Source: Schizochytrium sp. TIO01
Lineage: Eukaryota; Protista; Bigyra: Labyrinthulomycetes
DNA length: 64,000 nucleotides
Assembly: GCA_004764695.1 (NCBI GenBank)
Contig: SMSO01000025.1
Span: 868,001-932,000, forward strand
Direction of reading: 5' to 3'
A program made the translations under genes and the position numbers. This document shows, piece after piece, positions 25,501-37,336 of the stretch. The notes under the pieces were generated by a model. The model did not search any database and was not told where the DNA came from. It saw only the letters and a program-made list of their open reading frames with translations. How positions within the stretch are numbered: position 1 is the first letter of the stretch; each line of letters begins with the position of its first letter.

Positions 25501-26051
25501 ATCTCTTGTTCACAGCAACACCGCAAAAGACGCAGCAAACCTGTCAAGGAGGCAGGGAGACCGTCAAACTTTGGAGATTACCAAGGTGATCCTTGGAGCC
25601 CATCCCTTGCCCTTCCCTGTTTCGTCGGCCTCTCCGTCCTTAGAGTTATAGGTCTTGGTTCTCTAGGCAGGAGCGCGCCGATTATACTTTGAGACCTTGA
25701 TCGATCGACACTACAGAGAACCCAAATATTTGACTCGCTGTTGCATACGCCAACTAAAGGCCCCAGCTATTACCTCACTGGAAAGGAAACGATAGAAGCC
25801 GATACAATAACCCAAGCCCAGATTAAGCAGCAATTCCTGATTTAATTTGCTCTGAGGTTCAATCAAGCATCGGCTCTGGTCTGAGGAGGAATTTACAAAT
25901 CTCTCGAAAGCATCAGAGTTGACTCTGGCTGGTGTCATCTTTGGTCGAGAGAAAAGTCTGTTTATTGTGAGTCCGCAGGCGAACCCCTCTCTGAGTATCA
26001 AACGAGGAGCAGACAAAACCGAGCAACTCGTACAATAGGTTGCAAAGGCGG

Positions 26052-28082
26052 ATGCTGATAGTACTCGAAAACCCCCAACATTTGCCTGCTTCATTAATCT
26101 CTGGGCAAGAGGAATCAGAGGAATATCAGCAAGGCCTGCAATCTCAAGCTCTACAACAGTATTTTGCATCTGCTATGGAAAACCATGATCCTCATCTAGC
26201 GCAAATTTTCCTGTTGCAAATGCAGCAACAGCTACAACAACAGCAACAACAGCAAAAGTTTTATCAAAACCCACCAAATAGCAACCTTTTTTTGCCACAG
26301 CATACAGGCATGCTGCAGAATTATAATGCGCTGCTGGGAACTCCACCGACCCAGCCTGTCGTTTCGCCTCAATTCTCCATGTCCAGCTCTTCGTCGGGAA
26401 ATGATGGAAATCAAAGCAGCAGCTTACAAACTTCAACCATCGACCAGAACGGTCGGTCTCCTTATTTGTCTTCGAGTGCGCTTGACTTCATCCGAAGGTC
26501 ACAGACGCTTGAAACTAGCCCCATACGTAGAGAAGACTGTGGTTCTAACCAGTTCCAGAACTTCTCGCCTTTTTTATCAAGTACTGTACCATTGCAGCAA
26601 CCATCTCTTCATTTACAAGTAACGGCATCGGCACGCAATTCATTCGTTGAAAGCAATGCCCCTGAAACTACCACATTCACTGGCATCTTCGCTTCAAACC
26701 TTGGTCTCAAACTTGATCAGCACCCTTGTATGCTTACATCAAACGTAACAGCACATTTGAAAGGCACTGGTCTTCACGAAAAGAGCCAGAGTCTCAATGG
26801 TTACTGTGCGCCTACATCCCGGTTTGGGGCGGAACCAAACTTCGAGGTTACCAATGCTTTAGTACAGCAGCAAATGCTTTCCACTCGAGGTTCATTAAAT
26901 GTAAATCTAACTCCAGAACAGATAGCTGAGCTATCTTCCTGCTATGCTCAAACACAGCGTCTTCAGACCGCGGACGCTGTAAAGTCACTTCCTGTGGCAC
27001 CAGAATTTACTCGCCCACCCGTCACCTTTGGCAACAAGCCGAATGGTGACCCGCTCCAGAAGAACTCCACCTTGATAATGAGTGCACACGGTCGCATTGA
27101 GGCTCAGCAGAGCCAACAAGCTGGGGGACACGCCCTGTCACAACACTCACTTCATGAGAGCGAAGTTGGAAAACTTCTCCAGAATGCCCCACAATTACTA
27201 AGACAGAGCAATGATCATCAACCATTGCAACCCCAGAGTGCGGGAAAGCTAGGACACCGTCTCTTTCCAGGTTTTCCATCTGCGCAGCCTATGCTCAATA
27301 TTCAGCAAATTCTGATTCTTCAACAACAACAACAACAACAGGATTTTGAGCAAACTTCGGCTATCTCAAATAAAGCGCACCATCATCCCCAGACCAAGTC
27401 GCAAACTGCTAAACAAAACACATCTCTACCTGATTTACGAACGGCAAAGGATCTCACTATCGCCTCGTTTGCACGCAATGAAGATCCTGTCATTAAAAAG
27501 GAGAAGGCAGGCGTAAGGCCTACTGCAAATGTTCCTGCGAAACCCAAGCCTCAACACTCGGCATCAAAACCTATAAAATTGGAAGAAAACTTGGATGGTA
27601 CCAAGTCGAAACCCATTTGTGCTGAAAAGTCCAGGTTAGCGGATGATCGAACGGGCTCTGTTGTTAAACATGCAGAAGCCCCGGACCCTTCAAACTCCTC
27701 CAAGTACAGAGGAGTGTACTGGAATAAAACATGCAAAGCATGGCGTTCAAGAATTTGGGTAAACCAACGTAGTGAGCACCTGGGAAATTTTGATGATGAA
27801 GTAGAGGCTGCACGTGCCTTTGACAGACGTGCACGAGAACTTGGACGATTGACTGCTTTGAATTTTCCAGATACTTTTTTGAATGTTGGTTCCCAACCTT
27901 CAGTCAAAACTCATTCAGACCCTCTTCAATCAAATCTCTATGCGAGAAACAGTTCTGTGCTAGGGAATGAACAAAGGCTGCAGGATATTTTATTGGCTAA
28001 TAAGAGCTCCACTAATAAACGCCCTTTGTCAAGCAATCAGGCAATGCCGCCCTCTTTGAAACGACACCAACCGGCCAACTAG
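26052..28082 (+). CDS. AP2/ERF-domain transcription factor (Q/S-rich), paralog 1
   Basis: SSKYRGVYWNKTCKAWRSRIWVNQRSEHLGNFDDEVEAARAFDRRARELGRLTALNFP at about 27696-27870, plus polyQ tracts. First ATG is 26052; an alternative start is 26175. Confidence 0.9.
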   Translation: MLIVLENPQHLPASLISGQEESEEYQQGLQSQALQQYFASAMENHDPHLAQIFLLQMQQQLQQQQQQQKFYQNPPNSNLFLPQHTGMLQNYNALLGTPPTQPVVSPQFSMSSSSSGNDGNQSSSLQTSTIDQNGRSPYLSSSALDFIRRSQTLETSPIRREDCGSNQFQNFSPFLSSTVPLQQPSLHLQVTASARNSFVESNAPETTTFTGIFASNLGLKLDQHPCMLTSNVTAHLKGTGLHEKSQSLNGYCAPTSRFGAEPNFEVTNALVQQQMLSTRGSLNVNLTPEQIAELSSCYAQTQRLQTADAVKSLPVAPEFTRPPVTFGNKPNGDPLQKNSTLIMSAHGRIEAQQSQQAGGHALSQHSLHESEVGKLLQNAPQLLRQSNDHQPLQPQSAGKLGHRLFPGFPSAQPMLNIQQILILQQQQQQQDFEQTSAISNKAHHHPQTKSQTAKQNTSLPDLRTAKDLTIASFARNEDPVIKKEKAGVRPTANVPAKPKPQHSASKPIKLEENLDGTKSKPICAEKSRLADDRTGSVVKHAEAPDPSNSSKYRGVYWNKTCKAWRSRIWVNQRSEHLGNFDDEVEAARAFDRRARELGRLTALNFPDTFLNVGSQPSVKTHSDPLQSNLYARNSSVLGNEQRLQDILLANKSSTNKRPLSSNQAMPPSLKRHQPAN

Positions 28083-29529
28083 TTCCTTTATCCACAATTA
28101 TAATGCACGCCCGTCAAAAAGTTCCTGAAGATAGCCACATGGGTAGCTCCTTAAGGTTATTCATGGAACTAGATTAATCGGGTGTCTGGATTGAATTTTG
28201 ACGAAGTCAGTTACTTCGTTTATATGAACGACAATTATGACTCATTATTTTTTGTTTTAAGTACATAAGACTGTAATATTAAGCTTCTGCCAATTTAGTC
28301 TATATCTGGGGTACTTTCTTCATCATTCTGCCATGCCACTATCAAATTTTATCTTAGCCATCTAGAATATTTGAGAAAACTGCATTTTTTGACGTTGAAG
28401 TTAACTTCGTATATCTTCTTTCAATAGGAGCAAAACAACCTATTCCCAATGCAACCCAAACTGTAGATAACTACTACTGAGAAGGCAAATGAAGGACCCT
28501 GAGGAAGACATGTTGCTCAAAATTTTGCCACAACAGTGGCAGAGATAGACTGTAAAGGACTCATTTATGACCTTAAATTGTATTTGGTGTGGAGTGGTGA
28601 AGAGACAACTCAATGCTTATTAAAGTCATTCTTTGTGTCATTACCTATCAAGATTATGCCCCGGTAAAATAGTAACATTTTGTGCACGAGATTCTATATA
28701 AAGTCCACAGGAGATTTTGGCCTACTTGTTTTCTTCCATGACCCTCTGCGGGGCCTCTAGGGGTCAAAGATTGCAGTTCTGGCAAAAAACCTCTGAGGCC
28801 CACAAATTCAGCCATACGAAACCAGATGATGAAGTTTGTTTATTCTTGTATTTATTGTTTGTATAATCAGTCTCCCATAATTGTGCGTAGGATGGACTAT
28901 ACAAGAAACTATCGCACAGCCCTCTAAAAATGATCGTGTGCTCCTAATCAGTATCGGCTGGGGTGCCCAAGTAAAAGTGACGCACACGTGCAGTCTAGCT
29001 CATGTCATCATCGCTTGCCACGTACAGCTTGCCGCCGCTTACAGCTTACCGGTTTGAGTTTGAAGTAGTTCCTTGATGCTATTTTCGTGATTAAGAGTAT
29101 TTGTTCACCGGTAAATTGCAGTAAAATACTTGATTATATTACATATTTTGTGTAAACAGCGTTGTATTTTCCATCTATTCCCCATATTTTTTACGTCACA
29201 TGCTTGGCAGCGTCTTGGGCTATTAGGTAAAACTTCCCGAGATCATTTTGCCTGTATTGTGGCTAGAAACAACGCTCTTCTCGTGGTGATAGAGTTGCTT
29301 GGCGATTGCCTCTGAGACCTCATGTTCGAATGCATCGCAGGGCCAAGTTCATGGAGATAGTGATTATTGTTAGCTTCTGGTAAGATGTGCTGTATAATGC
29401 AGCGGATAGCTGTGTATGGTCAGGATTCTATGCATTGTGTACTTTAATGAGTTTGGGTTGAATAGCGCTAGTGTATATTCGAATAGTTGAAGAAAGCTAG
29501 CATTTGCGTTGGTGAGGCATCGTGTTCTG

Positions 29530-29780
29530 CCAAGGAACTTGGGTTTTGGGCCATGCTTCGAGGTATCTATAGGACTGAGTACCAATACGTTGTCGCGGTG
29601 AAGCAGGTTAGGTCCCCGAAGGACCGTTGTGATATACTTGAGCTCGCAATATTTGTATATGACATGATACTCAGGTAGTTCAAGCTTCACACACCCGCAT
29701 CAGTGCCGCTATTATGAGAGCGATGAAGAGTTTAGCCTTAATGTCGAGCAGGCAGGACGTGACCAAAGTTTAAAATGCCT
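29530..29780 (+). pseudogene. Possible decayed protein-kinase N-lobe fragment
   Basis: KELGFWAMLRGIYRTEYQYVVAVKQV resembles a Gly-loop plus VAVK. After a stop and frameshift, HPHQCRYYESDEEFSLNVE resembles HPNIV.YYES...LVME. Confidence 0.35.
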
Positions 29781-30299
29781 AGATTATCACCAGGCATGAT
29801 TAACAGCTGGTGCTCTTCGCAACCACAACCGCACCCACTGCAAATATTGTTACTTACTTCCCTTTTTAGTTATTTCCAGCTTGCAGCTTCTCGGCTATAG
29901 TTTGCCAAAGATACTTCCTGCGTCTTATCCTCCTAGTTGTTCCAAATGTGGCTGATTAGGAACGAGCTTTTGTTAAATCATAAGATCACAATGGTGTCTA
30001 ACATAGAATTCGAAGTTACCGGATCGGTAACTCATATCTGTATCAACTTTCCACAAAGCACTAAAACCTTTTACCATCATCAATCTCACCAATCTCTAGC
30101 TTGACAAGTCTTGATATTCAGTAAGGTCGAGTTCGTTTGTATGTGTATCAAACACTAGGGTGGCCTTGGCAGTCATCAGTTAGAGTGTATACACACTATC
30201 TTAATCATTTTTTCGTGTCCTTACTACGCTTACGGGGATATACATTAATCCTCACCTTTATTACATATGCATGTACCTTTGATTATTGATCTCGTTATC

Positions 30300-31140
30300 T
30301 GCTGATCTCTCTAATGGAAGGAAGTTGTAGACAAGACATTACTAGAGTTCTTAGCATCCTATTGTAAGCCCTTCAGGGTTTAGGATTTTATAGGATTAGA
30401 ACGTGACAACCCGATGCATGGTTGGAATAGCTGACAACTGAAAGTGGACATGAGCGTTCCCTAGAATCAAGCATGGTGGAATCTGACTTGGTGGTCGAAG
30501 AAACAAGTTAACATAATCTCTTCTGCTGTGTCCAGCGCAGATCAATCCTGTCTCACTCCTTGCTGAAAGGTGAATCTGGTCAGCTAGAGGATGACTATGA
30601 AGATGAAGGGAAGGTGCTAGATAAAGGCTCTATGAGAACTTAAGAAGGCATGATAATTTGCGGCTTAAGAGTTAGAGATCTGCTGTCCTTAAAATCCAAT
30701 TCCAAGGCAGACTGCTTTATGTTGTAGTTAGGAAACTATGGCAGACTACGTTAACTAATCTCTTTAACCTTTAATTCAAGTTCCACCATTAGTTCTGGAG
30801 AAATTGTATGCACTATTTTCGTTCTTGACTTCTAAACCACGCAAGTCTAGTTGTCTAGTTCTATTCTATTGTAAATCCTATCTTCATGGGTTCTTACATG
30901 CGGATGCCTAGAATTCTAGCCATGCCTTGTCAACTATTTCCCTTGATTGAAGATCTCAGCACTCCTGTGATTCAGTCTCGTGATTATAACATGAACCAAT
31001 ATGTTCCAGAGTTAAACTTCGAAACAACAGATCAGTAACTCGATATCCAGAGTACAACAAAATTCCCTACAGCCTTTCCCAAGCCAAATGCCTTCATCTT
31101 CATATTTAACCTCTAGCTGACGAGATTCACCTTTTAACAG
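30300..31140. repeat. Two interleaved, oppositely oriented copies of a decayed ~400-bp repeat family (possible LRR-gene relic)
   Basis: 30300-30535 and 31088-31140 match 61775-62190 and 63270-63980 in direct orientation (ACAAGACATT.CTAGA.TTCT, ACAAGTTAAC, CCTCTAGC.GAC.AG). 30560-30965 matches them in reverse complement. Confidence 0.7.
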
Positions 31141-31589
31141 TAACATAACTTGTTCGTGGTTGAAGCTTTGAGAAGAGTGCCTCAAATATCAATCTTAATC
31201 TAAAAGAAGCTACATATTCACACGCCTGACCATTAAGAGTTTCAACATTTTGACTATGTTTACCCTCACAGTTTCTCCTTCCTAATTTATCTCATAACTG
31301 GATAACCTAATTCTCATTATAGATAACCGAAAGGCATAGCTGTGGCTCGCACAAATAATCAAATAGAGAGTACATTTCTTTCCCATAGGTAAGTAGCATG
31401 TGACACTATTCAATTTCTGGGGCACGCAGAAGTAGTCCATTCTAGTTAATGGTGTAGCAAGTAGTTATTGCATGGAACGGAAATCCTAAGATCAACGAGA
31501 GTCTGCATATGTAGTGAGTGCCTAGAGAACTTCATGGTTTTGAGACTGTTCTGTATATTATCGTCACCCATGACACTATAGCATAATGA

Positions 31590-32221
31590 CGGGGCTTAAT
31601 ATTGTGGACATGCCTGATGCTGATAGCTTTAAGGCTTGTGACCGCGTGATGGTCACTTGCGATAATTGTGAATTGGAGCACCCGTTCCTTGGCGTGGTTG
31701 CTCTTCCCCAGGAGCTGTCTAAAATTATTCCCGAGAAGCAACAACAAAGCAATGCTGCACAAAGTGGTCTGCATTGCCCCAAGTGTGAGCATCCCATCGA
31801 CCTTGCCTACTTGGCAAATGTACTGCACTTAACGGCACGCGCGGCTGTTAAGAAGTACTAAGAGGGCTGGCTACTTGCAGACGATCCTTCGGCTGATTTG
31901 CGCACTCGCCAGCAATCTGTTATTGGACGATCCTTTACTATGAATGGTCGTCGTATACAGCTCGCTCGCGAGCATCGCGCATCAACACTGTATACCCAGC
32001 TCCGTTATCTAGAGAGCCTTGTTAATGCACCACATGCTTTGGAGGATCTCAAGAAACATTATAGTCATGGACATAATAAGGTCACCCCACCACCAGCTCT
32101 CTCTCAAGATGAGCACAAAGCTTTGGCTGAAGTACAAACAAGTCTGTCTGAAAAGTATCTAAATCGTAGTGCATACAACTGGTTTCAGCCTGATCTCTTT
32201 CTGCGGGCTTTTCGTCTTTGA
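31590..32221 (+). pseudogene. POLA1: 5'-truncated DNA polymerase alpha catalytic subunit C-terminal (zf-DNA_Pol) fragment
   Basis: DSFKACDRVMVTCDNC...CPKC...LANVL.L..R..VKKY*EGWLLADDPS...TRQQSVIG...LYTQLRYL...EKYLNRSAYNW follows the Pol alpha CTD. There is an in-frame TAA at 31859-31861 and no polymerase domain upstream. Confidence 0.85.
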
Positions 32222-34181
32222 GTGAACTTATCTAGCCATACTTACCTGCCATATATTCGCAAAAAAAAAGAGAAGAAGAGACATTAAAACATTCCTTTCA
32301 TTTACATATAAATCAGAACTTATCTAGATTGCAGTTACTGTCGTTCATCCGCATATATATAATTTAAATATCAGTTCAATGAAGCTAGATATAGAACAAG
32401 CTAATTTAATCGAAGTTATTGCCTTCCCAGCTGCCTCTTTTCAACATGTTGCCTATGCATGCAAAGAGTGTTGCAAGAGTTGATTTCTGGCCTTGAATAT
32501 CAGAATGCATGTAAGAATGCCAGGCCCGAAAGAACCGCGATCAATTTCAGTTCCTATGGCGCAAATTAAGGATTTATCAGTTTGGGCTTCATCAAAAGCT
32601 CCTAGACCATGATACCTACGAAGAACTCCTTCCAGATCCGGGCATAGCATTACGTGAATCATATATCCTTGGGTGTAATTCGTTCTTGTTCAGAACACCA
32701 AACCACAAAATTAAAATTGTGGTATCTTCAAATATGATAAGAAGGAATCAATTTCCCACTTCCTCTCCCAGGCAAAGTCAACCCCATAGCTAACGCTGAA
32801 GCTATTATGAGATTTAGCAAAATCTTGGCATTCGTGATAGTATACTTGGCATTTTGCCCAAATGGGCAAAATGGGCTCCTAGTAATCGAACAGTGGCTCT
32901 AACCCAGTCATTTGTCTCTAGTGTAGCCGAATGAATGAGGCAAACCATTGTGCTCCTGCGTATATAGATAGAACTAAAGGTATATACCTTTGTTGCTTTT
33001 CTTTGACTGTGGATATAGTGATTAAACTAGTTAGCAGAACGAGGGTTTACTCCCTCTCAAGTGAAGTTGGCAAACCGCCTCTCTCATAAAGATGATAAAC
33101 GTGTGAAAGTCTTCAACTTCTCCTCAAGGGGTTGGTGACGACGTAGTTGTTTGTCGCTGTGCAAGCATTCAAATAAGGTTGTTGTAATGGAAGATGGATC
33201 GGAATTTGGAAATGGTTGCCCCCTCACATTCACGTTTGGCAAAACTAAATTTAACTTCGGAGAGTTTCTAACCGAAAATAAACCTGGGATCATAAGTTCT
33301 CGGTTGGATCTAGCCTTGATAAGCTAAGTAGAAGGCCTGTGGCCCTGGCCCCTGAGTGGTGCTCACAGATGATTTGCCAGAAACTCGGCTTTAGGCGTAC
33401 TCTACTCAGGAGACCTTTTCGCGATCGGCAATTTGCCAACTTGGAACCCCTCCACACAGTAAGGTCAGCTGACAACCCTTTAAAAAGCTTTTCATTTTTT
33501 CCAATTTAAAAAAAAAATGTAAATTAATAAAAATAAAAATACTAATGGCAATAAAGATGGCTTTCTGTAACTATTTAGATGACACTGTCGCAAGTATCAG
33601 CTCTTTAGACCCCACTGGGATGGGCACTTGGGGAGTTTAACAGAATACAGGTACTCTCTACTGGTTGTTTGATTTTGAAACTTATTTAGAATCATTTTTT
33701 TTTTTCACTTTCTATCTTCTCCTTTTCTATACCAGAAGTGTGAAATAACACAACATATAGATTTAACTATAATAGTCATATTCATACCTTCAGAATGATA
33801 ACCTAAGATTGCTTGACATTTGCAAGCTTCGCATGCTAGGAAATTTGCAAAACTAGTGCCGTTAACCCTGAGCCATGAAAGCTGTGATTTTCAAAATGAT
33901 AAAGAAAAGAAAAGAAGGACACAGCAGAAAATGCAAACAGCAAAAGCAATGCATGTTACCTCTATTCAAGGCAGTTAGAAATAATTTTATTTACATAGTA
34001 CTTTCACTGATAGACCGGACCATTGTCATCATAATCATCCTGGCATCAACAAATTAACGATATGCTTGTTACAAAATGCAAAAAAAGAAGAATCAAGCTA
34101 TCTGATAATATAAAATTCTGTATGGTCTGGGTTGTTCGAGCTTTCATCCCCTCCCCCCCCGCGCGCATCATTTGCCTCACC

Positions 34182-34332
34182 TGCATGTCTTTGCTTTCCT
34201 CTTACTTCATCATTCGTCTCAGAGGATGTATAGAGCCACTAGTACGATTTTCTCCATGCATGTCTTTGCTTTCCTCTTACTTCATCATTCGTCTCAGAGG
34301 ATGTATAGAGCCACTAGTACGATTTTCTCCAT
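34182..34332 (+). repeat. Perfect 75-bp tandem duplication
   Basis: TGCATGTCTTTG...CGATTTTCTCCA appears twice head-to-tail (34182-34256 and 34257-34331). Confidence 0.92.
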
Positions 34333-37305
34333 TAAATACTCTTTCTGACCTCTTTCTTCTATCAACAAACGCATCAGGTGCAATTCAGGTTTCCTCTGAA
34401 ATGAAAGTTTGTTCGATCTCTCTTTCCCTCTCTCTCTCTCTTGTTTCACGCGCAGCGCGCGTGCTGTTGAATTTTGCATAAGGAACCTCTTACAGAGTAT
34501 TGAATTATTAAACAGAGCGATCTTGACCTAGAAGCTACTTTGGTAGAGCCACCCCTGCCTGGTAAGTCATCCAACTTGAAGTCAAAATCTACTCGGAGCG
34601 AATTCAGCTTCGCGCATGAAAGCCTAGCCAGAATCTTCAGTTGAAAAGTCTTGATTTTCTAATCGACAACTGAAAGCTTGTTTCTGTTTCTTTCAACGTT
34701 CAAGATTTTAGCATAGGTCCTAGATACCATTTATTTCCATGAGTTTAAACCCAGCCAGAAGTAGCTAGTGAGTAAATAACACTCTCTCATGAGGATATAG
34801 GCCTATATACAAAACATGTTTAATGTATATACTATTAACTATAAACTGAGTATAGATACTAGTAGATGGACTTTTTCAATGTCGAAACAATGACTCAGTG
34901 GTAGTAGAAGGCGGTGGTGCCTAAGTACTGTACCTGATTCTAGAAGATCAAATCAAAGCTGTCACCAGTAGGAGTGTACCTACTAATTACCCTTTAGCTT
35001 TTAGTGAAGTTGAGACTTGAGAAGCCTAAGGACACCTAGCTAGTCTCTGGTCATTGAGATTGTAGCTCTCTCTCATTGTTAGCCAGAGGGAACAAGTTAA
35101 AATCTTTTAATTTGGGCAAAAACTCAAAACAATTACCCATTTGCGATTGTAGGCAGTAGTCTTTCTTTTCATTTCTTTCTTTCTTTGAAAATTGGACTTG
35201 TATGTCTGACATGAGCAAGCCGTCCGAGAACCAATGTTATAATGTTGTCTAAAGTGGGCGATCAGGCCCAATCAGCTCGGTCCCTCCGGGAAACAGGAGT
35301 CTTCAGAGAGAGCCAGATTAACATGATTCGCCGTGTGGCATTTTTGCTAATTAGTGCCTTTTTGCAATACTTTTCGTACTCCGTGTTCGAGATTGCCTTG
35401 TGCCACCATAAAAACTATGGCAAAACAGGCATGTCAATGTGATAAGGGTTTTGCCTAATCAGAGCGCCTCAGGAGCCTTGGGCATTGCCATCAGTATTTC
35501 TTCAGATGAGCACAAGAAGCATCGTTTGTGCCAACTGCATCCCTTCGCACTCAGCCAATCACTCGCATCCTAGCCTCACCTTCGGGGGCTTTCTTGCACC
35601 TCACTGTCTGTGCTTGCAAGTCGTTGCTCCATACCGTGCGTCCCGCGCGCGCGAAATTAATTGCCAAGTATACTTTAAACTTGAACGCTTTGCTTTGGGC
35701 TGTGAGAACTGAAAGGCCTCAATTAGTGAGAGTAGAAGAGGCCTGTCACGGTATAAGCGCACTGCTACGTTCCGAACGGTAACACCGAACAGAGAAGGCC
35801 CTTAGCAGTATTTGGTATGTAAATGCTATTACAGTTTGGTTGCGTTTTACAATGCTGTCGCAACTTAAATAGCCCTATTCTGCGGCTGTATGTGTAATTT
35901 TCGATTTCGTGATTAAAGTTTTAATAACTAAAAAATCCTTTGAACAAGCTAATTTCTAAACTTTTTAAAAAGTTCACTTTTCATGCAAGTAACTAAGGGA
36001 AAGGCACTTAGTAGTACTGTCAACCACCCACCATGTGCTTTTTATGCTTGAACTGTAACTAACTTGAGATGTAACGGATGTGATACTTCACTGATCCATC
36101 AAGGAATTTGTGTTTCAATTCATTTATACGCCACCCACTGTCTTGATTGGTAGCCTGCATCAGTGAAGTTTTAATGCCTTTCTGTAGATATCATTCTTAC
36201 TAGTGTTGTTATTATTATTAGTTGATTTCAAATTGAAACATTTTTAATTGCTTCAAGAGAGTTATAGAGTACTAGATAGGATGACCCTTAAGGAGTGATT
36301 AGAAAGTCTCTTATAAGGTGTTGATGATGAAAATGGACTGGAAGCGTCTTTTGTATTCTTTACTGGACTGTGAGCACGTTGTGCTTAGCGATCACTTCGT
36401 TGCCTCTGTCTCTTTGGGAGATCTCAGGTAGCCTTGCTTGTTTGATTGTCTCCTTTAAGCGCAGCATACGCAGAACAAATCTAAAAGAGAGAACACGTGG
36501 CATGAAGAAATGCTGCGAAAGGATACAGGAAGAGGCCCCAAGCCCCTCACGGATAAATAAAGGTTTTGCAGCTTCTCCTCAGACAACCTGCAGCACAAAT
36601 CAGCCTTCCCTTTAAAAATAAACTATTCCCACAGTTCGCAGATAAATTTTTTCAAGAAAATGCCGGAGTCTATAGAGGAACAACTGCTCAAATGGATTTC
36701 CAAAGTTCCTCTCTTTGCTTAATAAAAATAAAAACCTTCCCGCAGAAGCTTGTGGATTCATAGCATGGCTGGTGGAGCAGCCATTGCAGCCACTAATGTC
36801 AGTTATACCTGTAGCTATTAATAGAATTTATCAAGAAGAGCTCCTCAGAGCAAGACAGCAAGGTCTGTTCAAGCTCTAATCACCTAGTACGAAAAGCCTC
36901 CTGCGAGCTGTGGCGTTGGTGTTTTAGCTGTTTGACCTTATCTCCCCAATGCCAATGAGGTAAAAGCAAGAGAGCTCAAAAAGTTCATCTGCAAAGCAAG
37001 AGCGAGCTGAGTGTGCGAGCGTGCATGGTAAGTGCTGATTTCTCTACCCAAGTTTGTATGCTGCATCTGGACATGATTCCCGCACAGGGATACCCGTGAT
37101 GAATGAAGAGGTTGTTGCAAACTAATCTTGTGGTTTGGGCAAGGACGCGGTCGTAAATAAAGCGCGAAGGCCTACTAAACTTCCTTTTTATATTTGAAAA
37201 TATTTCATTTTTCTTTCTCCTTCGTTTTCTCACTTTAAAAAAAAAAAAAAAAAAGAAGGAAAAAAAACTAAAAACGACTTTTAGTTTAAATATTATATAT
37301 AATTC

Positions 37306-37307
<2 letters not shown>

Positions 37308-37336
<29 letters not shown>
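37308..37336. repeat. (CTT)n microsatellite
   Basis: Seen directly. Confidence 0.9.

Noticed and set aside
32850-32873. Perfect hairpin CATTTTGCCC-AAAT-GGGCAAAATG
   Set aside because: An isolated 10-bp stem with no repeat or Helitron-type context that I could confirm.
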